Assembly: GCA_002269645.1 (NCBI GenBank)
Contig: NIVC01002371.1
Location: 1-64,000, forward strand
Origin: Macrostomum lignano
Lineage: Eukaryota
Direction of reading: 5' to 3'
Length of the DNA: 64,000 nt
Shown here: positions 52,426 through 64,000 of the stretch, in pieces
Numbering within the stretch: position 1 is the stretch's first letter
Layout: each line of letters starts with the position of its first letter
Position numbers and translations under genes: made by a program
The notes under the pieces: model-generated
Told to the model about the DNA's origin: nothing
Seen by the model: only the letters and a program-made list of their open reading frames with translations
Database searches by the model: none

Positions 52426-54751
52426 GCAAAAAAATCAGCAAAAATCAGAATCAGTAAAAAAACTGGGGAAAACACTAGTTTAATGCTTCTGGTGTATGCC
52501 AAGCGAGTCTGTCAGTAACTCGCTTTCCAAAACTGCTGTCCGAATATTCATTTCCCTTTACAGGAATTAGGGGCACAGGGCGCACCTACTTTGAGAATGA
52601 GAGAAGAACCGCGAAACACTTTTTATGATTTTTCTTGACAACTTATGGTTTGCTATCTGAGCCAGTCTGAGCAGCCTTGGCTTTTGACACTTGACACGAC
52701 TGACAGTTTGCAGTTTGCTGTCGATTTGCCTTTTGTTTATGGGTAAAGTTGCTCTATATATGAAGATTTTTACAAAAAAATCAATCTACAAGTCGGAACC
52801 AAAATAATCATGTCTTTATCGATTGCATGCAGTTATGTAAATAATAAACGCCGTTTAATTCACATTCTGTGGTTAGAATGTCTGAGGCTGCGTTTAATGG
52901 TATTGGCCTAGTCTCGCCTATATATGCTTAACTCAAAAGCCAAACTCTGCTTAACGGAGTTTGGCCATGACAGCGTGCACTTGACAAGCTGCATTGGAAT
53001 TAATTCGCTTACTTTTGGATCTCCCAATGAACTGGGAAATATATAAGCCAGAATCATGGTTCAGCAGGTCTTTTGTTTGCTCAAAACTTGGCTCGCTGGA
53101 GATTCCCTTTTTAAATTTGCGTTGCCTTCATTCGCAAATCAAAAATGAAACATCTCAAACTGGGAAAAGCGATGCAAAACTGTCAGAAGTAAACTTTATA
53201 ATATTTTCACATTCAAAGAAATTGTTGTTAAACTGGATGCTAGATTGATGAACTGAATTATTTGCATAGATTTTGCTTTCGGAACTTTTATACATGCGAA
53301 TAATCGTTAAAAAGTTAGACTAAAAAACCGTTTTTTTTCAAACGGCTAAACTGAAAATATTTCAGTATCAAATTCAGTATCACTGACAATGTCGGCTGGC
53401 AAACATCGGCTGGCAAACGTCCCGCAGGCAAACGTCCCGCAGGCAAACGTCGGCTGGCAACGTCGGCTGGCAAACGTCGGCTGGCAAACGTCGGCTGGCA
53501 AACGTCGGCTGGCAAACGTCCCACAGGCAAACGTCGGCAGGCAAACGTCCCGCAGGCAAACGTCGGCTGGCAAACGTCGGCTGGCAAACGTCCCACAGGC
53601 AAACGTCGGCAGGCAAACGTCCCGCAGGCAAACGTCGGCTGGCAAACGTCGGCTGGCAAACGTCAGCTGGCAAACTTCCCACAGGCAAACGTCCCAAAAA
53701 ATGGAGTCTACATAAGAAAGCTCAAATACAGAATCATGGAGTCCGTCTATAAGAGCAAAGGACAGTATTCTCGCATAGGACAGTAAATTACATGTACGTC
53801 GTAAGTGAAAACTCTTTAGGCTAAGCTAAAATTGATCTATGAATTGCGGTGGGCAAATGTCGGAGGGTAAATGTCGGTGAGTAAATGTCGGTGAGTAAAT
53901 GTCGGTGAGTAAATGTCGAAGGTGAGTGTCGGTGAGTAAATGTGGGTTGCTAAATGTCGGTAGGTAAATGTCGTTGGGTAAATGTCGTTGTGTAAATGTC
54001 GTTGAGTAAATATTGGTTGGTAAATGTCGTTTGGTAAATGTGTTGGGTAAATGTCGTTGAGTAAATGTCGGTGGGTAAATTTCGTTGTGTAAATGCCGGA
54101 GGGTAAATGTCGGAGGGTAAATGTCGGAGGGTAAATGTCGGAGGGTAAATGTCGGAGGGTAAATGTCGGAGGGTAAATGTCGGAGGGTAAATGTCGGATT
54201 GTAAATGTCAGATGGTAAATGTCGGTTGGTAAATTTCGGTGGTAAATGTCGGTGGTAAATGTCAGTGAGTACATGTTGTTGGTTACATGTCGGTGGGTAA
54301 ATGACGGTTAGAAAATTTCGTTGGGTAAATGTCGTTAGGTAAGAGTCGGTGGGAAAATGTCGGCGGGCGAAGGGAGATTCAAGCACAATATACATAAATC
54401 TGTCTAACGAGTAAACGTTATAGTGCGAATATTACACAAGTAACCAAAATTGGCATAATTTAATACACCAATGGACTTCGTTGCATGCAGATGACTCACG
54501 CTAGCTTCATTAGTTTAATTCCATTCAGTATATACGAGCGTAGTTACACCTGACGAGTGTAATTCATACAGCGCCAATTCCAACTTGCGAAAAGTTAACT
54601 AACTAATTGTATCGAATGTCATTTTCGGTCTAACAAGAGCTAGAAAAACATTAATTGTTATTAATTGCAAGATTTAGACTGCCGTGGCTCATGCTACACT
54701 TGTATAAAAATACCGGCTTAGTTGTGTCGGATTCTGTGGGTTTCTGAAAAC

Positions 54752-57700
54752 ATGAACAGCGACTGCCCTCCTGGCTGGCAGCCGGGCGCTGCGGTCACCG
54801 TTATTGGTGAGTGAAGCTGCTGGTCTGTTGCACACCTGCGACTTTCTTAGAATTTAGCACAGCTTGAGATAAGGGAGATCATCGATTGGTATTGCTTCTT
54901 AACACTCTCAGTCTATTTCTCCCTCTTCCCCTCTACCTCTCTCCCATCTACCTCTCTCCCATCTACCTCTCTCTCCCATCTACCTCTTTCTCCCATCTAT
55001 CTCTCTCCCATCTATCTCTCTCCCATCTACCTCTCTCCCATCTACCTCTCTATCCCATCTACCTCTCTCCCCTCTGCCTCTCTCCCATCTACCTCTCTCT
55101 CCCATCTATCTCTCCCCCATCTATCTCTCTCCCATCTACCTCTCTCCCATCTACCTCTCTCCCATCTACCTCTCTCCCATCTACCTCTCTCCCATCTACC
55201 TCTCTCCCATCTACCTCTCTCCCATCTATCTCTCTCCCATCTACCTCTCTCCCATCTACCTCTCTCCCATCTACCTCTCTCCCATCTAACTTTCTCCCAT
55301 CTATCTCTCTCTCCCATCTAACTCTCTCTAACCCTCTACCCCTCTCCCATCTACCTCTCTCACTCCATCTACATCTACCCCCACCTCCTCTCTCCCCTCT
55401 AACTCTCTCCTCTCTACCTACGTCCCTCTCAACCTCTCTCCGTCTCTATCTCCCTATTCCCTTTACCTTCCTTTCCCTCTCTCTAGCTCAATACTCTCCT
55501 TCAAGGAACCTACCTCTCGATCAACACATCCAACGAAGCCTATAGTTGTAAATTCTATTTGCCAATTGAACTGCAAAAAATACACCCGGTATTATCAATA
55601 GTAGTTTCCATGACAATCATTCCATTCATATTTACAGTTTTTCGAGCAGTGGGACTTCGCGTTCCGACGTTGCCATTCAGTAATAAGACCCCTGATTTTC
55701 TGAATTTTGTTTTAGATAATATTTAGTGAGACGCAGCAGTGTATTAAAAAGTTTCTAAAATGATTTTAGATTTTAACAAAACCGCCAGATGGCGCGTTAT
55801 GATCAGTCTCGGTCGGGAGAAACGAGTCTCACCTGTAGACGTGGAGGCCGTCAATGGCAACCCAGTGTGGGACACTGCCGCTACTTTGTAAGCTCTCTTA
55901 TCTCTGTGTTTCTGTCTTATCTATGTGTTTATCTCTCTTATCTCTGTGTTTATCTCTCTTATCTCTGTGTTTATCTCTCTTATCTCTGTATTTCTGTCTT
56001 ATCTATGTGTTTATCTCTCTTATCTCTGTGTTTATCTCTCTTATCTCTGTATTTATCTCTCTTATCTCTGTGTTTATCTCCCTTACCTCTGTGTGTTTAT
56101 CTCTCTTATCTATGTGTTTATCTCTCTTATCTATGTGTTTATCTCTCTTATCTATGTGTTTATCTCTCTTATCTATGTGTTTATCTCTCTTATCTATGTG
56201 TTTATCTCTCTTATCTATGTGTTTATCTCTCTTATCTATGTGTTTATCTCTCTTATCTATGTGTTTATCTCTCTTATCTATGTGTTTATCTCTCTTATCT
56301 ATGTGTTTATCTCTCTTATCTATGTGTTTATCTCTCTTATCTATGTGTTTATCTCTCTTATCTATGTGTTTATCTCTCTTATCTATGTGTTTATCTCTCT
56401 TATCTATGTGTTTATCTCTCTTATCTATGTGTTTATCTCTCTTATCTATGTGTTTATCTCTCTTATCTATGATTATCTCTCTTATCTGTGTGTTTATCTC
56501 TAGCCTATATGAGTCTAATCTGTTTGACTCTGCATTTTTTTGCAATGAGGACTGTCTGGCAGTCATCTCTGTACGCATCCGTGTGCCTGTTCGGGGCCGT
56601 GGGCGAGAGGTAGGGAGGTAGGGGAGAGAGTAGGATCAGAGGTAGAGTGGGGAGGTAGATGATAGAGAGGTAGATGGGAGAGAGGTTGAGGGCGGAGAGA
56701 GGTAGATAGGAGAGAGATACAGAGGGGACAGAGGAGGAGGGGGGAAATGGTAGAGTGGGACAGAGAGGTAGAGGAGGGGGAGGAGGAGAGAGGTAGATGG
56801 GAGAGAGGTAGATCGGAGAGAGGTAGATGGGAGAGAGAGGTAGATGGGAGAGAGAGGTAGATGCGAGAGGTAGAGGGGAGAGAAATACAGAGGGGACAGA
56901 GGAGGAGGAGAGAGGTAGAGGGGGAGGAAGAGGAGGAGAGGTAGATGGGAGAGAGAAAGAGAGGGGGAGAGAGGTAGATGGGAGAGAGTGGTAGATAGGA
57001 GAGTGTGGTAGATAGGAGAGAGAGGTAGATGGAGAGAGAGATGTAAAGGGAGGAGAGGTAGATGGGAGAGAGAGGTAGATAAGAGGGAGACGTAAAGGGG
57101 GGAGAGGTAGATGGGAGAGAGAGGTAGATGGGAGAGAGATGTAAAGGGGGGAGAGATAGATGGGAGAGAGTGGTAGATAGGAGAGATTAGTAGATCGGGG
57201 AGAGAGGTAGATGGGAGAGAGAGGTAGATGGGAGAGAGAGGTAGATAGGAGAGATTGGTAGATAGGAGAGAGAGGTAGATGGGAGAGAGAGGTAGATAGG
57301 AGAGAGATGTAAAGGGGGGAGAGGTAGATGGGAGAGAGAGGGAGAGGGAGAGAGAGGTAGATGGGAGAGGGATGTAAAGGGGGAGAGGTAGATGGGAGAG
57401 AGAGGTAAAGGGCGAGAGGTAGATGGGAGAGAGAGGGAGAGGGAGAGAGAGGTAGATGGGAGAGAGATGTAAAGGGGGAGAGGTAGATGGGAGAGAGAGG
57501 TAAAGGGCGAGAGGTAGATGGGAGAGAGAGGTAGAGGGTCAGCTGTCGCTTTTTGATTTGCGACATCGCCAAAGCCCGCGAACGGGAGTTCCAGCAAGCA
57601 CTGCACCCCCCACTCCGCTCTGCTAAACACTGAAGCAACCTGCCAACAAAACACCGCGACGTCAGCGAACCGGACGACCGTCTTCGCATCCGCATTCTGT

Positions 57701-59459
57701 GCCGCGGCACCGCAGTCGGTCAGGTCAGCCTGCGAATCGCCCAATTGGCTGTCGGCATCACCAACGCCGAGGAGCGTCATGAAATTCTCGAACCAATCCG
57801 ACGTGTAGGAGGCGGCGGTTCGAGACCACCCGGAGCCGTGTTCTACAAGTGCTGGCTGCACTGGGAGTCCGAGATGCAGCAGCAGCAGCCGCCGCCATCG
57901 CGGTGTTTGAGCACGCCGCAGCTCAACGTCCTCGCCATCGACAGCGGCCCGTCCATGTTCAAATCGTTGCGGCGCAAAATTTGTCAAAGCAACAACAACA
58001 ACAAGCGAAAGCAGACAACTTCGCAAGTGACCAGTGCCAGATGGATGTCCATGGCTGATCTGGGCAGAGAGGCCGCCCACCAGGATCCTGCAGCCACCGT
58101 CTACGCTGACAATGTCGAAGATGTCGACGCGCAGTGCAGGCGGTTGAGCCGCGATCTCGGCGAACTCTGCCGCCGACCCAGGCCGCTGACTGTCGAGGCC
58201 ACGACGGAGGGTGCAACAGCCCTAGCGGACCAGGAGGACCATGGCTCCCGCGCACGTAGGTTTCATGTTTCTCTGTGCTGTACATGTGCGCAATCCAAGG
58301 ACTAGTCAAGTTGAAGGACGGGAAAGTACCTTTCTAAGAAAATGTTGATGAGGCTGGTTTTCGCCGTAAAATGCACAACGGAGATAGACTTTTCACTTTT
58401 TTCATATTCAAATTGTATTGAATCATATGCTCATCACATGCCATACTCATCACATGCCATACTCATCACATGCCATACTGATCACATGCCATACTGATCA
58501 CATGCCATACTGATCACATGCCATACTCATCACATGCCATACTGATCACATGCCATACTGATCACATGCCATACTGATCACATGCCATACCCATCACATG
58601 CCATACCCATCACATGGCATACTGATCACATGCCATACTCATCACATGCCATACTCATCACATGCCATACTCATCACATGCCATACTCATCACATGCCAT
58701 ACTCATCACATGCCATACTCATCACATGCCATACTCATCACATGCCATACTCATCACATGCCATACTCATCACATGCCATACTCATCACATGCCATACTC
58801 ATCACATGCCATACTCATCACATGCCATACTCATCACATGCCATAATTTTTCAGCTTGCACACCGCCAACGCTGAGTTCACTCAGCCAGCCTCCAAGAAC
58901 GCCTCATCATCGCGAGTTCCGCCCAGACTCCATGGTGGAATCCTACTCAGCCGTCGAACTGGACGCTGATGAAGGCGAAGCGGCTTCGAAATCGGGCAAA
59001 AAGTGGCTGAGCATCCTCAGCTTAGCTGGCAGCCGGAGCAGCAACCGAAAGCAACGGCAGAAGACTAAGAAACAGCAACTGGAACAACTGGAAGAAGACT
59101 GGCGCAGACAGAAGCAGCAATTGGAAGAGCAGTTGACAGATCATCAGCAGCGTCTGTTGCAGCAGCAGCAACGATGCCAGCTGCTTCAGACTCAGCTGCT
59201 CACGGTGACTGAGGAGAATCGGCGACTGCAGCAGCGCCTTCAGGAGACCTTCGACAGGCTGAGACAGGCCAAGCTGGCGGCTTTGGACGCTGAGAACCGA
59301 GCCGAGAAGCAGCAGCTTGAGTTGGAATCGCGAATACTCGAGCTCAACAACTTTATCGATGGACTGGAGAGACGAATAATCGACAGCGGGGACCTGGAAC
59401 TGCTCGACAGGTCGCCGGGAAGGTCGCCGAATAGCAAAGAAGGACAGTTCCAGAAATAG
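54752..59459 (+). CDS. Class I Rab11 family-interacting protein (RAB11FIP1/2/5, Rip11-like), 5 exons, 479 aa
   Basis: Exons 54752-54806, 55638-55679, 55770-55887, 57636-58255, 58855-59459 sum to 1440 nt in frame. N-terminal C2 domain WQP..VTVIVFRAVGLR...VMISLGREK...GNPVWDTAATFNLP...LRIRILCRGTAVGQV. Coiled coil. FIP-RBD ILELNNFIDGLERRII. Confidence 0.85.
54905..55450 (+). repeat. 15 bp array (cccatctacctctct) in FIP intron 1
   Basis: Direct inspection. Confidence 0.93.
55893..56500. repeat. 21 bp array (ttatctatgtgtttatctctc) in FIP intron 3
   Basis: Starts immediately after the GTAAG donor. Confidence 0.95.
56605..57540 (-). repeat. 15-17 bp array (gagagaggtagatgg) in FIP intron 3; reverse complement of 54905-55450
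   Basis: Direct inspection. Confidence 0.93.
58428..58846. repeat. 16 bp array (atcacatgccatactc) in FIP intron 4
   Basis: Ends about 8 nt before the acceptor. Confidence 0.96.
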
Positions 59460-59544
59460 ACAATAGATGGAGATTCACTCTTCTTTGGCAATGAAAGAAA
59501 CACAAGAAAATCTTCAAGCCCAATTTGCTTGTTTTAACAGACTT

Positions 59545-60575
59545 TTTAGAGAGGATCATTCTCCGTGTAAGATAGGATCATTCTCCCCTGTTAGATATGA
59601 TCATTCTCCGTGTAAGATAGGATCATTCTCCCCTTGGTAGATAGGATCATTCTCCCCTGTTAGATAGGATCGTTCTCCGTGTTAGATATGATCATTCTCC
59701 GTGTTAGATAGGATCATTCTCCGTGTTAGATATGATCATTCTCCGTGTTAGATAGGATCATTCTCCGTGTTAGATAGGATCATTCTCCCCTGGTAGATAT
59801 GATCATTCTCCCCTAATAGATATGATCATTCTCCGTGTTAGATAGGATCATTCTCCCCTGTTAGATAGGATCATTCTCCCCTATTAGATAGGATCATTCT
59901 CCCCTGTTAGATAGGATCATTCTCCCCTGTTAGATAGGATCATTCTCCCCTGTTAGATAGGATCATTCTCCCCTGTTAGATAGGATCAGTCTCCCCTGTT
60001 AGATAGGATCATTCTCCGTGCTAGATATGATCATTCTCCCCTGTTAGATAGGATCATTCTCCCCTGTTAGATATGATCATTCTCCGTGCTAGATATGATC
60101 ATTCTCCGTGTTAGATAGGATCATTCTCCCCTTGTTAGATAGGATCATTCTCCCCTGTTAGATAGGATCATTCTCCCCTGTTAGATAGGATCATTCTCCC
60201 CTGTTAGATTGGATCATTCTCCCCTGTTAGATAGGATCATTCTCCCCTTGTTAGATAGGATCATTCTCCCCTGTTAGATAGGATCATTCTCCCCTGTTAG
60301 ATAGGATCATTCTCCCCTGTTAGATAGGATCATTCTCCCCTGTTAGATAGGATCATTCTCCCCTGTTAGATATGATCATTCTCCGTGTTAGATATGATCA
60401 TTCTCCGTGTTAGATAGGATCATTCTCCCCTTGTTAGATAGGATCATTCTCCCCTGTTAGATAGGATCATTCTCCCCTGTTAGATATGATCATTCTCTGT
60501 GCTAGATAGGATCATTCTCCCCTGTTAGATAGGATCATTCTCCGTGTTAGATAGGATCATTCTCTATTTTTAGAC
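59545..60575. repeat. 23 bp array (gataggatcattctcccctgtta) downstream of FIP
   Basis: Direct inspection. Confidence 0.96.
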
Positions 60576-61029
60576 AGGATCATATCTTTAAAATCTATAA
60601 TATATATTCAACACCACATATATTAAATTCATAACTTTTATGATATGCTCGAAGTTTTATAACAGTTTGAGAAAGTTCGCTAAGTAATTTTTCCGCAGAA
60701 AAAAGTATATATGATTTGAATGTGCGCGTTGCTACTAATTACCGGGTACAAGTAGCGTGTGACTCATCTTATTTGTCTTTCTTAATTACATGTAGTTGAT
60801 GGACAAACTTATCAGCAAACTTATTCACCTCAAGGGCAAGATAAAGAATCTAGCTCGTGACAGAGGAACAGATGAGAGCGAGGGAGAGGGAATAGAGGAG
60901 AGAGAAGAGGAAAGAGGAGGGGGAGATGAGACAAAGGAAAGCGGCGATCGAGGTGAGAGAGGCTCTAGGAGGAGAGATGTAAGGTGAGGAGATATGGAGT
61001 AAGAGAGAGGAGAGATAGAAGAGGGTGGT

Positions 61030-62415
61030 AGGCACTGTGGAGATGGGGGGAACTGGGTATTATGGGGGCACTGTGGGGGCACTGTGTTGGTATTATGGGG
61101 GCACTGTGGGGGCACTGTGTTGGTATTATGGGGAGCACAGTGGGGGCACTGTGTTGGTATTATGGGGGGCACTGTGGGGGCACTGTGTTGTATTATTGGG
61201 GGGCACTGTGTTGTATTAATGGGGGCACTGTGGGGGCACTGTATTGGTATTATGGGGGCACTTTGGGGGCACTGTGTTGGTATTATGGGGAGCACAGTGG
61301 GGGCACTGTGTTGGTATTATGGGGGGCACTGTGGGGGCACTGTGTTGTATTAATGGGGGGCACTGTGGGGGCACTGTATTGGTATTATGGGGGGCAGTGT
61401 GGAGGCACTGTGTTGTATTAATGGGGGGCACTGTGGGGCACTGTGTTGGTATTATGGGGGGCAGTGTGGAGGCACTGTGTTGTATTAATGGGGGGCACTG
61501 TGGGGGCACTGTGTTGTATTAATGGGGGGCACTGTGAGGGCGCTGTGTTGTGTTAATGGAGGGCACTGTGGAGGCACTGTGTTGGTATTATGGGGGTCAC
61601 TGTGGGGGCACTGTGTTGGTATTATGGGGGGCACTGTGGGGGCACTGTGTTGGTATTATGGGGGGCACTGTGGGGGCACTGTGTTGGTATTATGGGGGGC
61701 ACTGTGAGGGCGCTGTGTTGTGTTAATGGAGGGCACTGTGGAGGCACTGTGTTGTATTAATGGGGGGCACTGTGGGGGCACTGTGTTGTATTTATGGGGG
61801 GCACTGTGGAGGCACTGTGGTGGTATTATGGGGAGCACAGTGGGGGCACTGTGTTGGTATTATGAGGGGCACTGTGGGGGCACTGTGTTGGTATTATGGG
61901 GGGCACTGTGGGGGCACTGTGTTGGTATTATGGGGGGCACTGTGGAGGCACTGTGTTGTATTAATTGGGGGCACTGTGGGGGCACTGTGTTGTATTAATG
62001 GGGGCACTGTGGGGGCATTGTGTTGTATTAATGGGGGGCACTGTGAGGGCACTGTGTTGTGTTAATGGAGGGCACTGTGGGGGCACTGTGTTGTATTAAT
62101 GGGGGCACTGTGGAGGCACTGTGTTGGTATTATGGGGGGCACTGTGGGGGCACTGTGTTGGTATTATGGGGGGCACTGTGGGGGCACTGTGTTGGTATTA
62201 ATGGGGGGCACTGTGGGGGCACTGTGGTGGCACGGGGGCACTGAGGGGGCACTGTGGGGGCACTGTTGGGACACTGAGGGGGCACTGTGGGGGGGCACTG
62301 TTGGGACACTGAGGGGGCACTGTGGGGGCACTGTTGGGACACTGAGGGGGCACTGTGGGGGGGCACTGTTGGGACACTGAGGGGGCACTGTGGGACACTG
62401 AGGGGGCACTGTGTG
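61030..62415. repeat. Compound minisatellite (gggggcactgtg + ttggtattat/ttgtattaat)
   Basis: Direct inspection. Confidence 0.94.
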
Positions 62416-64000
62416 GTTTTGAACGCCTTGTATCCCATCACTGGTTTCAGTTAACAAACTTGAGCCACTAACCATTGCTAACAGACTTTTTATGCTGGAT
62501 TGCACAGCACAACTAATTCCAATGCAGTATGAAGGGCATTCTGGGGACAAGAAAGAGCCGTCAGTCCGTCACCTTCAAATATCTACTTCTGTTGTGACTC
62601 ATACCAAAAAAGCAAAAATCTAAATTAGGAAGTTCTTGCGCTTGATATGAGTAGTCAAAATTTGTATCAGTGAACTAATAGTATGATAACAACCCCCTAA
62701 ACCCCCTACATAAAGTCTGATAACAGCTCTGCCAATTATCTATGATCCGAGCCAAGCCTTGTTCAAAAAGTTTTTTGTTATTTTTTAGACTGCGGTAGTT
62801 ACGTTGTTGCACTGCCAGATTATTTGCTCTTATCAGCATGCTCTTATCAGGAATTTTCCGACCAAACTGCCACCTTCCTGACTATGGTAACCCCGTTTGC
62901 TTGCCTTATGAGTTTTTGGTTATATAAGTGGTTAGGTAACCCCCCGTTCGGTTCGTGACCGGGTCACGCCGGGACAGTTGGGGTTGAAAATTGAGGGCCA
63001 GGGGGACGGGGGCGCGGTTTAACCAAAGAAAGAGAAGGAGAGCGAGGAGAGGGAGGAATGGACAGAACGCGCCATGGGGGGTTCCCCGATTCACTATTGG
63101 GCCACGCACTGACCCCACAACCCACCCTCCAAATAGCTGGGCCTTTTGCAAAGATTCCCTCCCCCCGCGGGAGGAGGGGGAGGCTGAACGGCGCCGGCTG
63201 CTCGTGCGCGTGTATCAGCGGGGGTGGAGGTGCTGGGTGTACATTACAACAACCCCCAATTCGTCCGACCCCTCACCAGCTGTGCCTATAATATATATTG
63301 TGAATTCTTTATAACTGTCCGACCTCTAACGTCCTTCAGTTCACCTCTGGTGCCCCCTTATTCTGGGGACGCCGGATAGCCTGAAAGAAAGGCCCTACCT
63401 AAATATCCCAAATAAAAATTGATCAAAGCGGACAATTAATAAAATTATGGTAAGTTCACGTTTAAATTGCTTTGAAAGAGAGAAGTTAGCTATTAATGAT
63501 TCCCTTTTAAAGATGACTCTGGCTTGCAAGAGGATTCGCCTGATACTGAAATCCTTTTAAGCTTAATTGGCGGATTAATGTTCGCCCGGTGTCACTGACG
63601 ATTCTGAAGAAAAAACAATAACTGAATGAAACTTTCTTTGTCACCGGGTGGTCATTCATCCGCCGAAGCCAGATTGTACAACTAACGGCCTTTTAGACCT
63701 TAAGGCCCCCCCGTTGCATACCGAAATTATATTGTTTCAATACTTGAAGCTTTCTGCCGCTTTTAATGACAAGCGACTCTTCAAATTCTATTTCAGTAAC
63801 CTCTGCACAGTAAATCTACAAGCGACGGTGGCTGATAACTTATATTATCTTGAAAATGCTTGTGGTGTTGGTTTTAGTGCGTGCGTAATTAGTAAATACT
63901 TTTGATTTTAATCAGTATTTCTTGACTTTTCTAGTGCGTTTTATTATTTTTTTCTGCGTTATACTACTGTTAAGGTTTTTGTCAGTAGTTTAGTTAGTCA

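Larger units (their letters stand above)
49070..54372. mobile_element. Foldback-like structure: nested inverted arms built of tandem subrepeats, enclosing a knottin gene
   Basis: Arm A (cccaccgacattta)n 49070-49580. Arm B (gtttgccagccgac) 49878-49935. Arm B' (gtcggctggcaaac)n 53388-53697. Arm A' (taaatgtcggtggg)n 53846-54372. No transposase and no clear TSD. Confidence 0.55.

Noticed and set aside
55789-55887. MARYDQ...WQPSVGHC as a Sushi/CCP exon
   Set aside because: Another frame of the same bases gives the FIP C2 domain with correct splice phases.
56503-56609. Possible extra FIP exon (LYESNLFDSAFF...RGRE)
   Set aside because: The C2 alignment is continuous (AATF-NLP) without it, and no phase-compatible downstream acceptor fits well.
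57187-58080. 297-aa minus-strand ORF
   Set aside because: Antisense shadow of FIP exon 4 running into a repeat.
62900-63400. GC-rich island with short ORFs
   Set aside because: No recognisable protein, RNA or repeat signature; cannot be supported.

Overview
This is eukaryotic (animal) genomic DNA with GT-AG introns, dense tandem repeats and no prokaryotic features. By inference it is a free-living flatworm of the Macrostomum type. I reconstructed seven genes by hand from splice sites and protein-family similarity. Minus strand: a phosphorylase kinase beta subunit gene (7 exons, with frameshifts), an intronless double-RING protein gene, and an RPUSD2-like pseudouridine synthase gene (6 exons). 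Plus strand: a secreted CAP-EGF-EGF-X protein gene (7 exons), a catalytically dead neprilysin-like gene (2 exons), a conotoxin-like knottin gene (2 exons) and a class I Rab11-FIP gene (5 exons). There are also three CORE-type tRNA-derived SINE copies, a Tc1/mariner relic, a decayed 28S rDNA fragment and about 35 distinct tandem arrays, most long introns carrying their own. The most striking unexplained structure is four pairs of reverse-complementary minisatellite arrays. Three pairs sit in neighbouring introns and bracket specific exons. The fourth is a nested foldback-like pair bracketing the whole knottin gene. Gene identities rest on recalled family sequences; no database search was run.
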